Sequence record: DRR723986_817
DNA: 59,866 nt
Direction: 5' to 3' (one strand)
Of the stretch, positions 1 through 9,442 are shown piece after piece. Every line of letters starts with the position of its first letter. Positions within the stretch are counted from its first letter, which is position 1. The position numbers and the translations under genes were made by a program. Under the pieces are notes generated by a model. That model made no database searches and was not told the origin of the DNA. It worked only from the letters and a program-made list of their open reading frames with translations.

Positions 1-1
1 T

Positions 2-487
2 TGGTACAACCGCGCCGGAGTTGAGCGGGTAATGGGTTTCTGCAATGACGATGAGTACACCGAGTTCATGCGCCAAGCACCAGAATTTGAGCGCAACTTG
101 GTGCGGAGCGGAGCTCATCTCATAAAGTTCTGGTTCTCGGTCAGTTGCGATGAACAAAAGCGACGCTTCAAAGAACGCAGGGCACACCCACTAAAACAAT
201 GGAAGCTCTCCCCTGTTGACCTAGCCTCTCTTGATAAGTGGGATGACTATACACGTGCCAAAGAAGCCATGTTTTTTCACACCGATACGCACGACGCACC
301 ATGGACCGTCGTGAAGTCGGACTGCAAGAAGCGTGCACGATTGAACGCGATGCGATACGTGCTACACAGCCTGCCATACGAGAACAAGGACCTGGATCGG
401 ATTGGACCAATAGATCCACTGCTTGTTGGCCGAGCCAATATTGTTTACGAGCGTGGCGAGAAGAACGCTTTCGTCCCAACAACGTGA
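2..487 (+). CDS. ppk2: Polyphosphate kinase 2, 5'-truncated by window edge
   Basis: Frame is open from position 2 (WYNRAGVERVMGFC). Carries PPK2 motifs LIKFWFSVS, PLKQWKLSPVD and APWTVVKSDCKKRARLN. Confidence 0.93.
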   Translation, partial: WYNRAGVERVMGFCNDDEYTEFMRQAPEFERNLVRSGAHLIKFWFSVSCDEQKRRFKERRAHPLKQWKLSPVDLASLDKWDDYTRAKEAMFFHTDTHDAPWTVVKSDCKKRARLNAMRYVLHSLPYENKDLDRIGPIDPLLVGRANIVYERGEKNAFVPTT

Positions 488-559
488 CCCGTTTCCGGGG
501 CATATCCGATCACACTTGTGCACTTAACCTGCACTCGCAAGCAGCACTTAGAAAGAACA

Positions 560-979
560 ATGATGAAGAAAAACGAGCCTGTATCAAAGATCATGACAAC
601 CGATGTTATCAGCGTTCATGACGGCGATCCCGTCTCTAAGATTCGCGAGATCTTTGAAACAAATCCTATTCAACACATTCCAGTCGTCAGCGGAGATCAA
701 CTGATTGGCATCATCAGTTGGAATGACTTCATGCGGATTTCATTTGGTGAATTCGGCAACCAAGATTCCAAGGGACTCGATGAGATTCTGGATCACACCT
801 ACAAAATCCACGACGTGATGAACAAAGACCTGACGACTTTACCTGTTGGTAGCACGATTCGGGATGCAGCCCGCATCCTAGGGGCAAACTCATTCCATGC
901 ACTGCCAATCGTAGATGGCGAAAAACTGGTTGGAATCGTAACGTCAACAGATTTGATCCGATTCCTAGCGGAACTGTAG
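560..979 (+). CDS. CBS domain-pair protein
   Basis: Two CBS repeats (VSKIMTTDVISV...HIPVV...LIGIIS; DVMNKD...ALPIVDGEKLVGIVTSTD). ATG at 560 follows GAAAGA. Confidence 0.88.
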   Translation: MMKKNEPVSKIMTTDVISVHDGDPVSKIREIFETNPIQHIPVVSGDQLIGIISWNDFMRISFGEFGNQDSKGLDEILDHTYKIHDVMNKDLTTLPVGSTIRDAARILGANSFHALPIVDGEKLVGIVTSTDLIRFLAEL

Positions 980-1077
980 CCACTGTGGTGATCGTTTGCT
1001 GAGGGCTGTAGAGTGGCGGCGTCTTGATACAATAAGGGCGTCTATCCACAATCCCTCAGTTGAAAGCACGTCGCCCA

Positions 1078-2133
1078 ATGTCAAACACTTCCATCCAGAG
1101 CCTGATTGAGAGCGGGACCAATCTGTACTTGGACTCGATCGATCCACAACTGGTCAAACAGAACCTTGAGTGGGGTGCCGTAGGGGCGACCAGCAATCCA
1201 ATCATCGTTGCGGGCTTGATCGAAAGTGGGCAGTTCGACAAGCAGCTTTCCGAGCTTCTCTCCTCCAGCGACGATGACTCTGAGGTCGCTTGGGCGCTGA
1301 CTGACCAGATGGTTCGCGACGCCCAAGAAGCATTTCACGGCGTTTGGAAGTCCAGTGGTGGCAATGCGGGCTGGGTCAGTTTCGAGCTCGATCCTTTGAT
1401 CGAAGATCCCGATGCAGACTTACCTCACGACGAACGAGTCGAACGCTATATCGAGCTCGGTCGAAAATGGTCCGCCGGTCATGACAATCGAATGATCAAG
1501 GTGCCAGCAACGCCCGCCGGTTTGGATTGCTTGGCGACGCTTGCCGCCGAGGATGTAACACTGAACGTGACGCTTGTCTTCACGATGGAACAATACACAA
1601 AAGCACGCGACGCGGTCTGGGCTGGAGCGCAGAAGCGTTCCAGTTTGGATGCATTCAAGAGCGTTTACAGCATCTTCGTTTCGCGAGTTGATCAATACAC
1701 CGCCAAGCACGCAACTGGCCTTGCCGCGGAAAGCCAGGGGCAAGTCGGCATTGTTAACGCAAAACAGATCTGGGCGGTCAACCAGAAGTTCTGGTCCGAG
1801 AAGTCGACGCCACTTGCCCAAGAAATCATCTTCGCGAGCACTGGCACTAAAGATCCAGCCGATCCACCTACAAAATACGTGGCTGCTCTTGCGGGAAGCG
1901 ACATTCAGACCAACCCGCCAGCCACCAACGAAGCTGTCGCCGAGAGTGGACTTAGCTTTTCTGCACAAGTGCAAGAACCGATTCCGGCCGCCCTTGCGAA
2001 TGACATCGCCTCAAACACCGACATGCAGCACCTACACGATACGCTCATGAGTGAAGGAATTGCCAAATTCGCGTCACCGCAAAAGCAGTTGATCGCGACA
2101 ATTGCCAGCAAGCGGGCTGCGATGATGAGTTAA
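1078..2133 (+). CDS. tal: Transaldolase family protein
   Basis: Motifs LYLDS, GATSNP, VSFELDP, MIKVPAT (Schiff-base Lys), NVTLVF, SIFVSRVD and FASTGTKDP. Confidence 0.9.
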   Translation: MSNTSIQSLIESGTNLYLDSIDPQLVKQNLEWGAVGATSNPIIVAGLIESGQFDKQLSELLSSSDDDSEVAWALTDQMVRDAQEAFHGVWKSSGGNAGWVSFELDPLIEDPDADLPHDERVERYIELGRKWSAGHDNRMIKVPATPAGLDCLATLAAEDVTLNVTLVFTMEQYTKARDAVWAGAQKRSSLDAFKSVYSIFVSRVDQYTAKHATGLAAESQGQVGIVNAKQIWAVNQKFWSEKSTPLAQEIIFASTGTKDPADPPTKYVAALAGSDIQTNPPATNEAVAESGLSFSAQVQEPIPAALANDIASNTDMQHLHDTLMSEGIAKFASPQKQLIATIASKRAAMMS

Positions 2134-2289
2134 CGCCGCAGCAGCCCCCTCAATAGTGGCAATCTGTGAGCATTGCTCTGCAATATTTGACTGTCTTGAC
2201 TTATCGAAGTGTTGAATCAGCGGAATCAACAGTGTTAAATTGAGGAGCCGAAAAAGTCACAAAGCACTGCATCGCAGATTGAGCCAACC

Positions 2290-2982
2290 ATGAAAGTACG
2301 CTGTCCATCGTGCAAGAAAGTCCACAGTGTTGGTGAACAGAACGCCCCGAACACACACACTTGCGACTGTGGTGCCAAGTTTAAGTCACCAGCATCAGTG
2401 CAGACGGCGCGTGCGACGCCTGTAAAGGCACAAGCGACTACCGTGAGTCCGAAGACGGTCGCTTGTGACTGCGGAAAGAAACTGCGTATCCCGGCATCTG
2501 CCTTTGGCAAGAAAGTAAAATGCCCCTGCGGGCAGCTTCTTGAAATCTCTCAGTCGGGAACTCTGCAGCCAAAGGCTACCCCGCCCGTTCTGCCACAAGA
2601 CGATTTTGAAATTGGCGGCCCGGATAGCAACTGGCTCGACGACCTGCCTGCACCCAATGCAACTGCAAGTTCGCTTCCACAAAACTTCTACAGTGCCCCA
2701 ACGGTGGCCAACAGTTCGCCACCTACCAGTTCCGGAAATCCGGCTTCGTCTACCGCCAACAGATACCTTGCTCAAGCGGAAGTCGAGCAGCGCAAGGAGT
2801 CAGTGCGCGAGCACACGCCCGTCGACTGGAGTCTCAACGGTGGGATTCTCGGGGGCGTGGCAATGATCATTGGAGCCATCGTCTGGTTCTTTGCAGGTCT
2901 AGCGGCCGGGTACATCTTCTTTTACCCACCATTTCTCTTGTTTGCCGGTGCAGCAATGATCATCCGCAGCATCGGTGATTAA
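2290..2982 (+). CDS. Zinc-ribbon protein with Pro/Ser-rich linker and C-terminal membrane hairpin
   Basis: CPSC, CDCG, CDCG and CPCG Cys pairs; low-complexity linker; two hydrophobic helices at the C-terminus. Confidence 0.75.
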   Translation: MKVRCPSCKKVHSVGEQNAPNTHTCDCGAKFKSPASVQTARATPVKAQATTVSPKTVACDCGKKLRIPASAFGKKVKCPCGQLLEISQSGTLQPKATPPVLPQDDFEIGGPDSNWLDDLPAPNATASSLPQNFYSAPTVANSSPPTSSGNPASSTANRYLAQAEVEQRKESVREHTPVDWSLNGGILGGVAMIIGAIVWFFAGLAAGYIFFYPPFLLFAGAAMIIRSIGD

Positions 2983-3102
2983 GACCGCACGATTCGGAGC
3001 GAACGACCGGAATGAACTCTTGATCGACCTACTTTAACGGTTGGTTGCCACGACCTATCCTGAAGTCGCCGATGCGGCGCACCTGCTTGATCTGGGACTA
3101 GA

Positions 3103-4224
3103 ATGAAGATCCGTTGCCCGGCCTGCAAGTCCATCCACAGCATTAGTGATGGGGATGTGCACGAACCAATCAGTTGCACGTGCGGCAAACGCTTCAAGGC
3201 GCCTGCGCGACCTACCCCGACTGTCAAACCGCAGATGACGGCTCCAACTAAACCGATCGTTCGGAGCAATGTTGTTGCAGCACCTGGGAATAAAGCAGCT
3301 TCGCCAGTTGCGCAGAGTGCGCACGTTTCATGCGACTGCGGGAAAACTCTGCGCGTCCCTCCGAGTGCATTTGGTAAGAAGGTGCGTTGTCCGTGTGGCA
3401 AGTTGACAGACGTTGCGGCCGACGGAACTCGTAAGTCGCCGCGAGCTGCCGAAGTTGCTTCAGAGGCACCGAGCACAAGTAACTGGCTAGATGAACTGCC
3501 GAGTGCATCCTCAAACGCTTACCCCCCGAATGCCGCGGCACCATCGACGCCGGCATATTCTGGCCCCGATCCTTGGAAAGCGTCTCCGCCGGCCTCAAAT
3601 CCCTACGCCGCTCCGGCGGGGACAACAAACAGCAGCTACGCCTCTCCCTACCAATCCCAACTTGCCGGTGCCGACGCCGAATCGATTCGGCGTGCGCACA
3701 TTCAGCATGAAGCGTCGATTCGCAGTATTGGGACACTTCAGCAGATCGGTGCCTTGTTCTCTGTCGTCTACGTCATTGTGGGGATATATTTTCTACTAGC
3801 TGCACCGAACATGGGCGTCGAGCCAGGAGATCCGAACGAGCCACCAGCCTACTTCACTAGGATTTTCGGGCTCGGCATGGCGGTCTTCAGTGGATTGCTG
3901 GCCGCATTGCTATGGTGGGTTGGAGATGGCCTAAAACGGTTTAAGAATACACAACGAACTGTCGCAACCGTCCTATTCGCGATCGGACTCATCAGTATTC
4001 CAATCGGCACGCTGATTAACGGTTACTTCCTCTGGCTGCTCCACTCGCAGAAGGGCAACACAATTTTTTCGCCTGAGTACCGAAGGATTATCAAGGCGAC
4101 CCCACATGTCAAACCGGGCATGTCATGCATTCTAAAGGCCTTGCTCGTACTGCTCGCCGTATGCATCCTACTTGCACTGGTCATCCTCGTGTTCGCACTC
4201 TATGCCGCGTACACATACGGGTGA
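3103..4224 (+). CDS. Zinc-ribbon protein with multi-pass C-terminal membrane domain (paralog of 2290-2982)
   Basis: CPAC, CTCG, CDCG and CPCG Cys pairs; shares SAFGKKV and SNWLD.LP with the upstream gene; NPYAAP motif; about 4-5 TM helices. Confidence 0.75.
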   Translation: MKIRCPACKSIHSISDGDVHEPISCTCGKRFKAPARPTPTVKPQMTAPTKPIVRSNVVAAPGNKAASPVAQSAHVSCDCGKTLRVPPSAFGKKVRCPCGKLTDVAADGTRKSPRAAEVASEAPSTSNWLDELPSASSNAYPPNAAAPSTPAYSGPDPWKASPPASNPYAAPAGTTNSSYASPYQSQLAGADAESIRRAHIQHEASIRSIGTLQQIGALFSVVYVIVGIYFLLAAPNMGVEPGDPNEPPAYFTRIFGLGMAVFSGLLAALLWWVGDGLKRFKNTQRTVATVLFAIGLISIPIGTLINGYFLWLLHSQKGNTIFSPEYRRIIKATPHVKPGMSCILKALLVLLAVCILLALVILVFALYAAYTYG

Positions 4225-4242
4225 CAACCTTCACACGGTTGC

Positions 4243-4872
4243 CTAGACGTGAATGACCAATTCCCTGGCAGGAAAACGGACCTTCGCTGCATCGGCCTGT
4301 TTATCCTCTGGATGCCGGTACCCGACGGCGCATCCAACGACCGAAGTGTACTCACTATCGGTTAACCCCAATAGCGCGTCATAATCGACGGGAACAATCC
4401 CTTCCATCGGGCAAGTGTCGACGCCCAGAATTGCCGCAGCAACCATCAGTTGGCCAAGGGCGATGTAAACTTGGCGGCTGTTCCAGTCCAAGTGCGTATC
4501 CATTCCAGCTACCGTCGCATGCAGCACCTTTCGGTAGCCATCCATCGTGCCCGCGGCTAGACTCCGCCCGACTTCAACGCTTTCGATATACTTGTCGACG
4601 TAGGCCTCATCCATGCTTCGGCGAGCCGCCAAGACGACCATGTGAGAGCAGTCTTTGGGTTGCTGTTGGTTCCACGACATTTCCGGCAACTTGGCCTTCG
4701 TCGCTTCGTCCGAGATGACGTAAAACTTCCAGGGTTGCAAGCCATAGCTGCTGGGTGTGAGCACCAAACTTTGCTCGAGCGCCGACCACGTAGCCTCGTC
4801 AATCTTTCGAGTCGGATCAAAACGCTTCGCGGCATAACGCCACTTAAGTGCATCAAGTAGTTTATCTTGCAT
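4243..4872 (-). CDS. NAD(P)H nitroreductase (NfsB-like)
   Basis: MQDKLLDALKWRYAAKRFD, PSSYGLQPWKF, VYIALG and DTCPMEG. Start placed at ATG 4872. Confidence 0.9.
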   Translation of the reverse strand: MQDKLLDALKWRYAAKRFDPTRKIDEATWSALEQSLVLTPSSYGLQPWKFYVISDEATKAKLPEMSWNQQQPKDCSHMVVLAARRSMDEAYVDKYIESVEVGRSLAAGTMDGYRKVLHATVAGMDTHLDWNSRQVYIALGQLMVAAAILGVDTCPMEGIVPVDYDALLGLTDSEYTSVVGCAVGYRHPEDKQADAAKVRFPARELVIHV

Positions 4873-5086
4873 AGCTTTTTCTCGGCCAGTAATGTCTTTT
4901 TGCAAACCCAATCGTGAATATTGTTGACCAAACAATCGCGTGATGCTTAGGATCAAAATCTCGGGGTCAACAAGGCTGTGGGCACGCGTTGCCCACGATG
5001 GAGACTCATTCAAGTAGCCGCCGAAAATGGTAAGCTGAAGCGATCGTTGTCGCCAGCAGCCCAAGTCAATTTTGAGAATAGTGTCA

Positions 5087-5593
5087 ATGAATGAGTTTTT
5101 CGAAAAGTCCCCACGCTTGTCCGATGGTTGCTGGATTGCGGACAACGCAACCGTCTCAGGGGATGTTTCCGTAGGACGCGATACAAGCATTTGGTTCGGG
5201 GCAGTGATGCGCGGTGACACGGAAGCGATCCGGATTGGCGACGAGTCCAACATACAGGACCTATGTTGCTTGCATGGTGACCCTGGATACCCCTGCATCA
5301 TTGGTGACAGAGTCACTGTAGGACACGGGGCAATCGTTCACGGGGCAACGGTCGAATCGGACTGCTTAATTGGAATCGGAGCCATCGTGCTCAACGGAGC
5401 AACAATCAGTTCGGGATCCATCGTCGCGGCTGGAGCTCTCGTACCAGAAGGAAAGCTCATCCCTCCCAACTCGCTTGTCATGGGAACGCCTGCCAAGATT
5501 ATTCGGGAAACCACCGCCGAGGACAGGCAGAAGATTGACCGGGGAACCAAGCACTACGTTGAACTTTCTCGTGCCTATCTGCGGTCGGAATAA
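5087..5593 (+). CDS. Gamma-carbonic anhydrase family hexapeptide-repeat protein
   Basis: SIWFGAVMRGD, IGDESNIQD, LHGDP and VGHGAIVHG (three His ligands); left-handed beta-helix repeats. Confidence 0.9.
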   Translation: MNEFFEKSPRLSDGCWIADNATVSGDVSVGRDTSIWFGAVMRGDTEAIRIGDESNIQDLCCLHGDPGYPCIIGDRVTVGHGAIVHGATVESDCLIGIGAIVLNGATISSGSIVAAGALVPEGKLIPPNSLVMGTPAKIIRETTAEDRQKIDRGTKHYVELSRAYLRSE

Positions 5594-5664
5594 GCCGGAA
5601 GAATTGTCTCGGACAAATTGGCTGTTGAAGGCCTTAAAAAGACTGTTCGCCAAAGCAACTCGCA

Positions 5665-6192
5665 TTAGCCTTCAATCATCGCCAAGCATATCAGGCAATT
5701 CAGCACCGTAAAAAGCAGAGCAATGCCGCCAGCAATTCCACTGAGCAACCGGCTCACACGAGCCAACATGACGAATGCAAAGAATACTGCTAACGTCGCA
5801 ATAACACTCATCAGGATGAACGCTGGGTCATTTACACTTTGCTGCCCCGCGGCAGCCAACACACCTGGCAATTGCCACAACTGCCTACTCCACTGCTGAG
5901 CGTCCTGTTCAGACAGGTATCGCATAGGCCCAAACAGCAAGAACACATAAGGCAAGAACAGGCATGGTGCTACCACCGCGACCGCGCGACGCGTACGGCC
6001 ACAACCAAACAGGAACGTTAGCAGAACGACGGCCAAGACAATCTTACTACCTAGGCTCGTGACATTTACAAGAGTGATCCAAACGGCCAATCCTGTTGTT
6101 GCATAGAGCAAGAACCGGATATCAAACTGCGGTGGTCGGTAGCCTCCGATACAATACTCTGATTCGTCCGCTTGCTGTCCAGGAGCGTTCAT
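5665..6192 (-). CDS. Hypothetical multi-pass membrane protein
   Basis: About 5 hydrophobic segments; PQFDIRFLL motif; start overlaps the creatininase stop codon. Confidence 0.6.
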   Translation of the reverse strand: MNAPGQQADESEYCIGGYRPPQFDIRFLLYATTGLAVWITLVNVTSLGSKIVLAVVLLTFLFGCGRTRRAVAVVAPCLFLPYVFLLFGPMRYLSEQDAQQWSRQLWQLPGVLAAAGQQSVNDPAFILMSVIATLAVFFAFVMLARVSRLLSGIAGGIALLFTVLNCLICLAMIEG

Positions 6193-7007
6193 GACTGCTC
6201 AGCCGATCCAGATTCAAACGGAAAACTTTGATCGATTGGCGTCGCCGAGAGTTCAGCTAGGAAGGTGCCGATTCGCTGTACGATAGCAGCGGTTAGCAAA
6301 CGCCCCTTTTCTGGCGTAGCTTGATGGGGATTTCCGGAGCCGGTATTGGTCGTCAGCAGGTGCCACGGACGCGACAGTCCAACCCACCCCTCGCGAAGCG
6401 CCTCGAAGCGAAGTGGCTTCGTTGCACCAGAATCGGCGACAAGTCCACCGGAGTCGTCGCGCCGCACCAGTTCAGGGCGAAAAGTCATGATCAGACTGGT
6501 TTCCATTTCGCCAGCGTGATCTTCGGGATGCTCACAAACTTCTGCGGCGACATCTTGAATCATTTGGTACCAGTTGCACAAGAACACTTGCACCGGAGTC
6601 TTACCGTAAACTTCCCGTAGGAATGGTTTGAAATCGTTGCCGCCATGGCTATTGAATATGACCAGTTTACGAATCCCGGCTTGGCTGACTGTTTCCAGCA
6701 GGTCCTCCATAACGCGGAACAATGTTGTGGGCCTGAGATTCATCGCTAGCGGGAACTCTTTCAGATTTGACTCAGTACCGTATGGCAGCACTGGCAATTG
6801 GACGACTCGGCCACCTGCCTGCCACGCATGTTCACAACAAGCGTTTGCCAGTTCGTAGCCTTCGATCGAATCGGTTCCGTACGGCAAATGCAGATTGTGT
6901 GGCTCGGTAGCCCCCATCGGCAGCACCGCCACTTGAAAGTCCGCTTCCCGTACGTCCCCCAGAGTTATGTTCTCAAGCAACCATGGCCGTTCAGGCAAAT
7001 TAGTCAA
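6189..7007 (-). CDS. Creatininase family amidohydrolase
   Basis: LPMGATEPHNLHLPYGTD, NSHGGN and DHAGEMETS. TTG start with GAGG upstream. Confidence 0.9.
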   Translation of the reverse strand: MTNLPERPWLLENITLGDVREADFQVAVLPMGATEPHNLHLPYGTDSIEGYELANACCEHAWQAGGRVVQLPVLPYGTESNLKEFPLAMNLRPTTLFRVMEDLLETVSQAGIRKLVIFNSHGGNDFKPFLREVYGKTPVQVFLCNWYQMIQDVAAEVCEHPEDHAGEMETSLIMTFRPELVRRDDSGGLVADSGATKPLRFEALREGWVGLSRPWHLLTTNTGSGNPHQATPEKGRLLTAAIVQRIGTFLAELSATPIDQSFPFESGSAEQS

Positions 7008-7320
7008 AACGAAGTGCCTCTATTCAAGATTTTCATTCAACACGCCTGCATATTGTACTGCTGGCGGGAGACGCATTCTTGCATGATGTTGCTGCCAGAA
7101 CAGATGCCTGTTCAGATTGCGATGTACCTTCACTGCGGAAGCCACAGGGCTTTTGCCTTCAGGACCGAATTCCCAATGGTCATCAACGGGTACCCGCTCT
7201 GGGTCGAATGATGCCTGAGGGCGTATCCTTGAGCGAAGAGTTTCCTTCGGCGACAATTCACCAAGCTCCGTCCCGCGTGCCCGCGTCCGTCCCAAAGACT
7301 CGAAAGATGAGCCTAACCGC

Positions 7321-9135
7321 ATGACTGCCCAAGCTAACGCTCCAAGTTACGAGTTTTTTTCGCAATTCGCACGGATCGTGAATTCAGGTCAAGCCCGCTC
7401 GATCATCATCTCGGGCAATGTGAACGACCTTTTCTTTGATGGAGAGGGTTACGTTCCGCTGGTGCCGTTTTTGCTGAACAAGACAAAGGTCGGCGGTCTC
7501 GTCCAGGTCGTGTATGAGCTAAACGGACCGGTGCGAATCGACGGCAATGACCGAGCCAAGCTTCGCGAAGCCTGGGCGGCATGGAAAACGGGAGTCGACG
7601 TCAACTCATTGGCCATCAAGGATATGACGGCTGAGAGTAGCAAGATTGATATGCGGCGTCGAGAATTCGACCAGTACATGCGTGATGCGATCGGCAATGC
7701 GACACAAGCTCTCGAGTTCCTGCGGCAGTTGACGATATGTTCGCGGGAGACGCTCCGCGAAAACTTGCTGATTTTCGTTGAAGCCGCTGATATGTTGCTG
7801 CCTGCTGGCGACGGCAACATCGCTCGCATGAACGATGCGCAGCTTCGTCGAGTCGCAATTGTGACCGACTGGTTCAGCGATCCCGAGTTTTTTGCCGGCA
7901 AGGACAGCGTTTGCTTGGTGGCGGAATCCAGAAGCCAGATCCACTCGCGAATTGCCAGACTGCCTCAGGTGTTGAGTGTTTCTGCGCCAGCTCCCGACAC
8001 GGACACTCGGCATCACTTTCTTCAGTGGCATGGCAACCATACCGAGGTTTCTTCTGAGATCCCAATCGCTAGCGAACAAGACGCCGAGGAAAATGCCGAG
8101 CCGGATCAGACGCGAGTGCTGGCCGAAGCAACTGCTGGACTGAGCATTCATGCACTTAGGCAGTTGCTCCTGGCCGCTGCGTACAATAACAAACCGGTTT
8201 GCCGAAATGACGTTGTCGAGCAAGTCGAACAGTTTATCCAAACTCAACTCGGCGAGGACGTGGTCGAGTTTAAGAAACCTGAACATTCACTCGAGGATGT
8301 CATCGGCGCAACTCGTCTCAAAGAGTTTCTGAGCAAATACATGCTTCCGAGACTTAGGTTGCCCGACGATCGCGCTTTGCCGGGTGCCGCCGTCGCCGGA
8401 CCGATTGGTGGCGGAAAGACATTTATCTTTGAAGCAGTTGCAGCCGAACTGGACATGCCAGTTCTGGTCCTCAAGAGCATCCGCAGCCAGTGGTTTGGGC
8501 AGACCGACGTCATCTTCGAACGCCTGAAACGAGTCCTAACCGCCCTCGAGAAAGTGGTCATCTTTGTTGACGAGGCAGACACTCAATTCGGCGGAGTTGG
8601 CGAGGGAGCTCACGAAACAGAACGCCGCCTTACAGGAAAAATCCAAGGAATGATGAGCGATCCGACGCTACGCGGCAAAGTCATCTGGCTATTGATGACG
8701 GCGCGTATTCATCTGCTATCTCCCGACATTCGACGACCAGGGCGTGTCGGTGACTTGATCATTCCCGTGCTCGATCCAACTGACGACGATCGACGTGACT
8801 TTATCCAGTGGATGGTTAAGCCAGCGGGTTTAGCCGGTGAGAACCTAGTTCAGTGGTTGGACACGGAAGGCCTGCCCGAAGAGTTTTCCGCGGCCGGTTT
8901 TGCAGCTCTGCGGAGTGAGCTTAAGGCGCTTCCCCCCCAGTCGGAATTTGAGCTCAAGGCAACCGTCGATGATTTCATTCAACCGGCAATTGGCCTCACT
9001 CGTCGGTATCAAACTCTGCAAGCGTTGGTAAACTGCACCCGCAAGAGCCTCTTGCCGGATCCAGAAGTAACCGATGAGCAGCGCGCCCAGTGGGACGCAG
9101 AAATCCGCCTATTAGAAGGGCAGGGCATACGTTAG
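7321..9135 (+). CDS. Classical-clade AAA ATPase with degenerate N-terminal AAA-like domain
   Basis: Walker A GPIGGGKT, pore loop SQWFGQT, Walker B VIFVDEAD and Arg-finger region PDIRRPGR. The N-terminal half has IIISGNVND and LIFVEAAD remnants. Confidence 0.88.
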   Translation: MTAQANAPSYEFFSQFARIVNSGQARSIIISGNVNDLFFDGEGYVPLVPFLLNKTKVGGLVQVVYELNGPVRIDGNDRAKLREAWAAWKTGVDVNSLAIKDMTAESSKIDMRRREFDQYMRDAIGNATQALEFLRQLTICSRETLRENLLIFVEAADMLLPAGDGNIARMNDAQLRRVAIVTDWFSDPEFFAGKDSVCLVAESRSQIHSRIARLPQVLSVSAPAPDTDTRHHFLQWHGNHTEVSSEIPIASEQDAEENAEPDQTRVLAEATAGLSIHALRQLLLAAAYNNKPVCRNDVVEQVEQFIQTQLGEDVVEFKKPEHSLEDVIGATRLKEFLSKYMLPRLRLPDDRALPGAAVAGPIGGGKTFIFEAVAAELDMPVLVLKSIRSQWFGQTDVIFERLKRVLTALEKVVIFVDEADTQFGGVGEGAHETERRLTGKIQGMMSDPTLRGKVIWLLMTARIHLLSPDIRRPGRVGDLIIPVLDPTDDDRRDFIQWMVKPAGLAGENLVQWLDTEGLPEEFSAAGFAALRSELKALPPQSEFELKATVDDFIQPAIGLTRRYQTLQALVNCTRKSLLPDPEVTDEQRAQWDAEIRLLEGQGIR

Positions 9136-9164
9136 CGAGTGCTTCAGATTACCAGGATGTGAAT

Positions 9165-9365
9165 ATGCTGACTAAAAAATTTGATTGCCGCTTGCACCAA
9201 TTCGCGATTGCGTGCGCCTGCATCGGTGCGTCAATCGGTCTGTGCGCCGCGTCGTACAATTGGATCGTGAACACAAGATTTGCTGGCGACACGATTTTTG
9301 CGTCGCTGTTTGCCCTCACGGCAGCAATCCCGGTATGGCAAGACTACGACCGCAAGTATAGATAG
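9165..9365 (+). CDS. Small putative two-helix membrane protein (66 aa)
   Basis: Fills the gap between co-oriented genes; two hydrophobic segments; AGGA upstream of ATG 9165. Confidence 0.4.
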   Translation: MLTKKFDCRLHQFAIACACIGASIGLCAASYNWIVNTRFAGDTIFASLFALTAAIPVWQDYDRKYR

Positions 9366-9442
9366 CTGAATCCAAGAGCTCTAGGCTGCACCGCACCTAG
9401 GTTCGCACTACAGAACCACCAAACGAAAGGGCTTCCGCCGCG

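Noticed and set aside
4873-5316. 148-aa N-terminal extension of the nitroreductase ORF (4243..5316)
   Set aside because: It overlaps the opposite-strand gamma-carbonic anhydrase gene, and family similarity begins at MQDKLL (4872).
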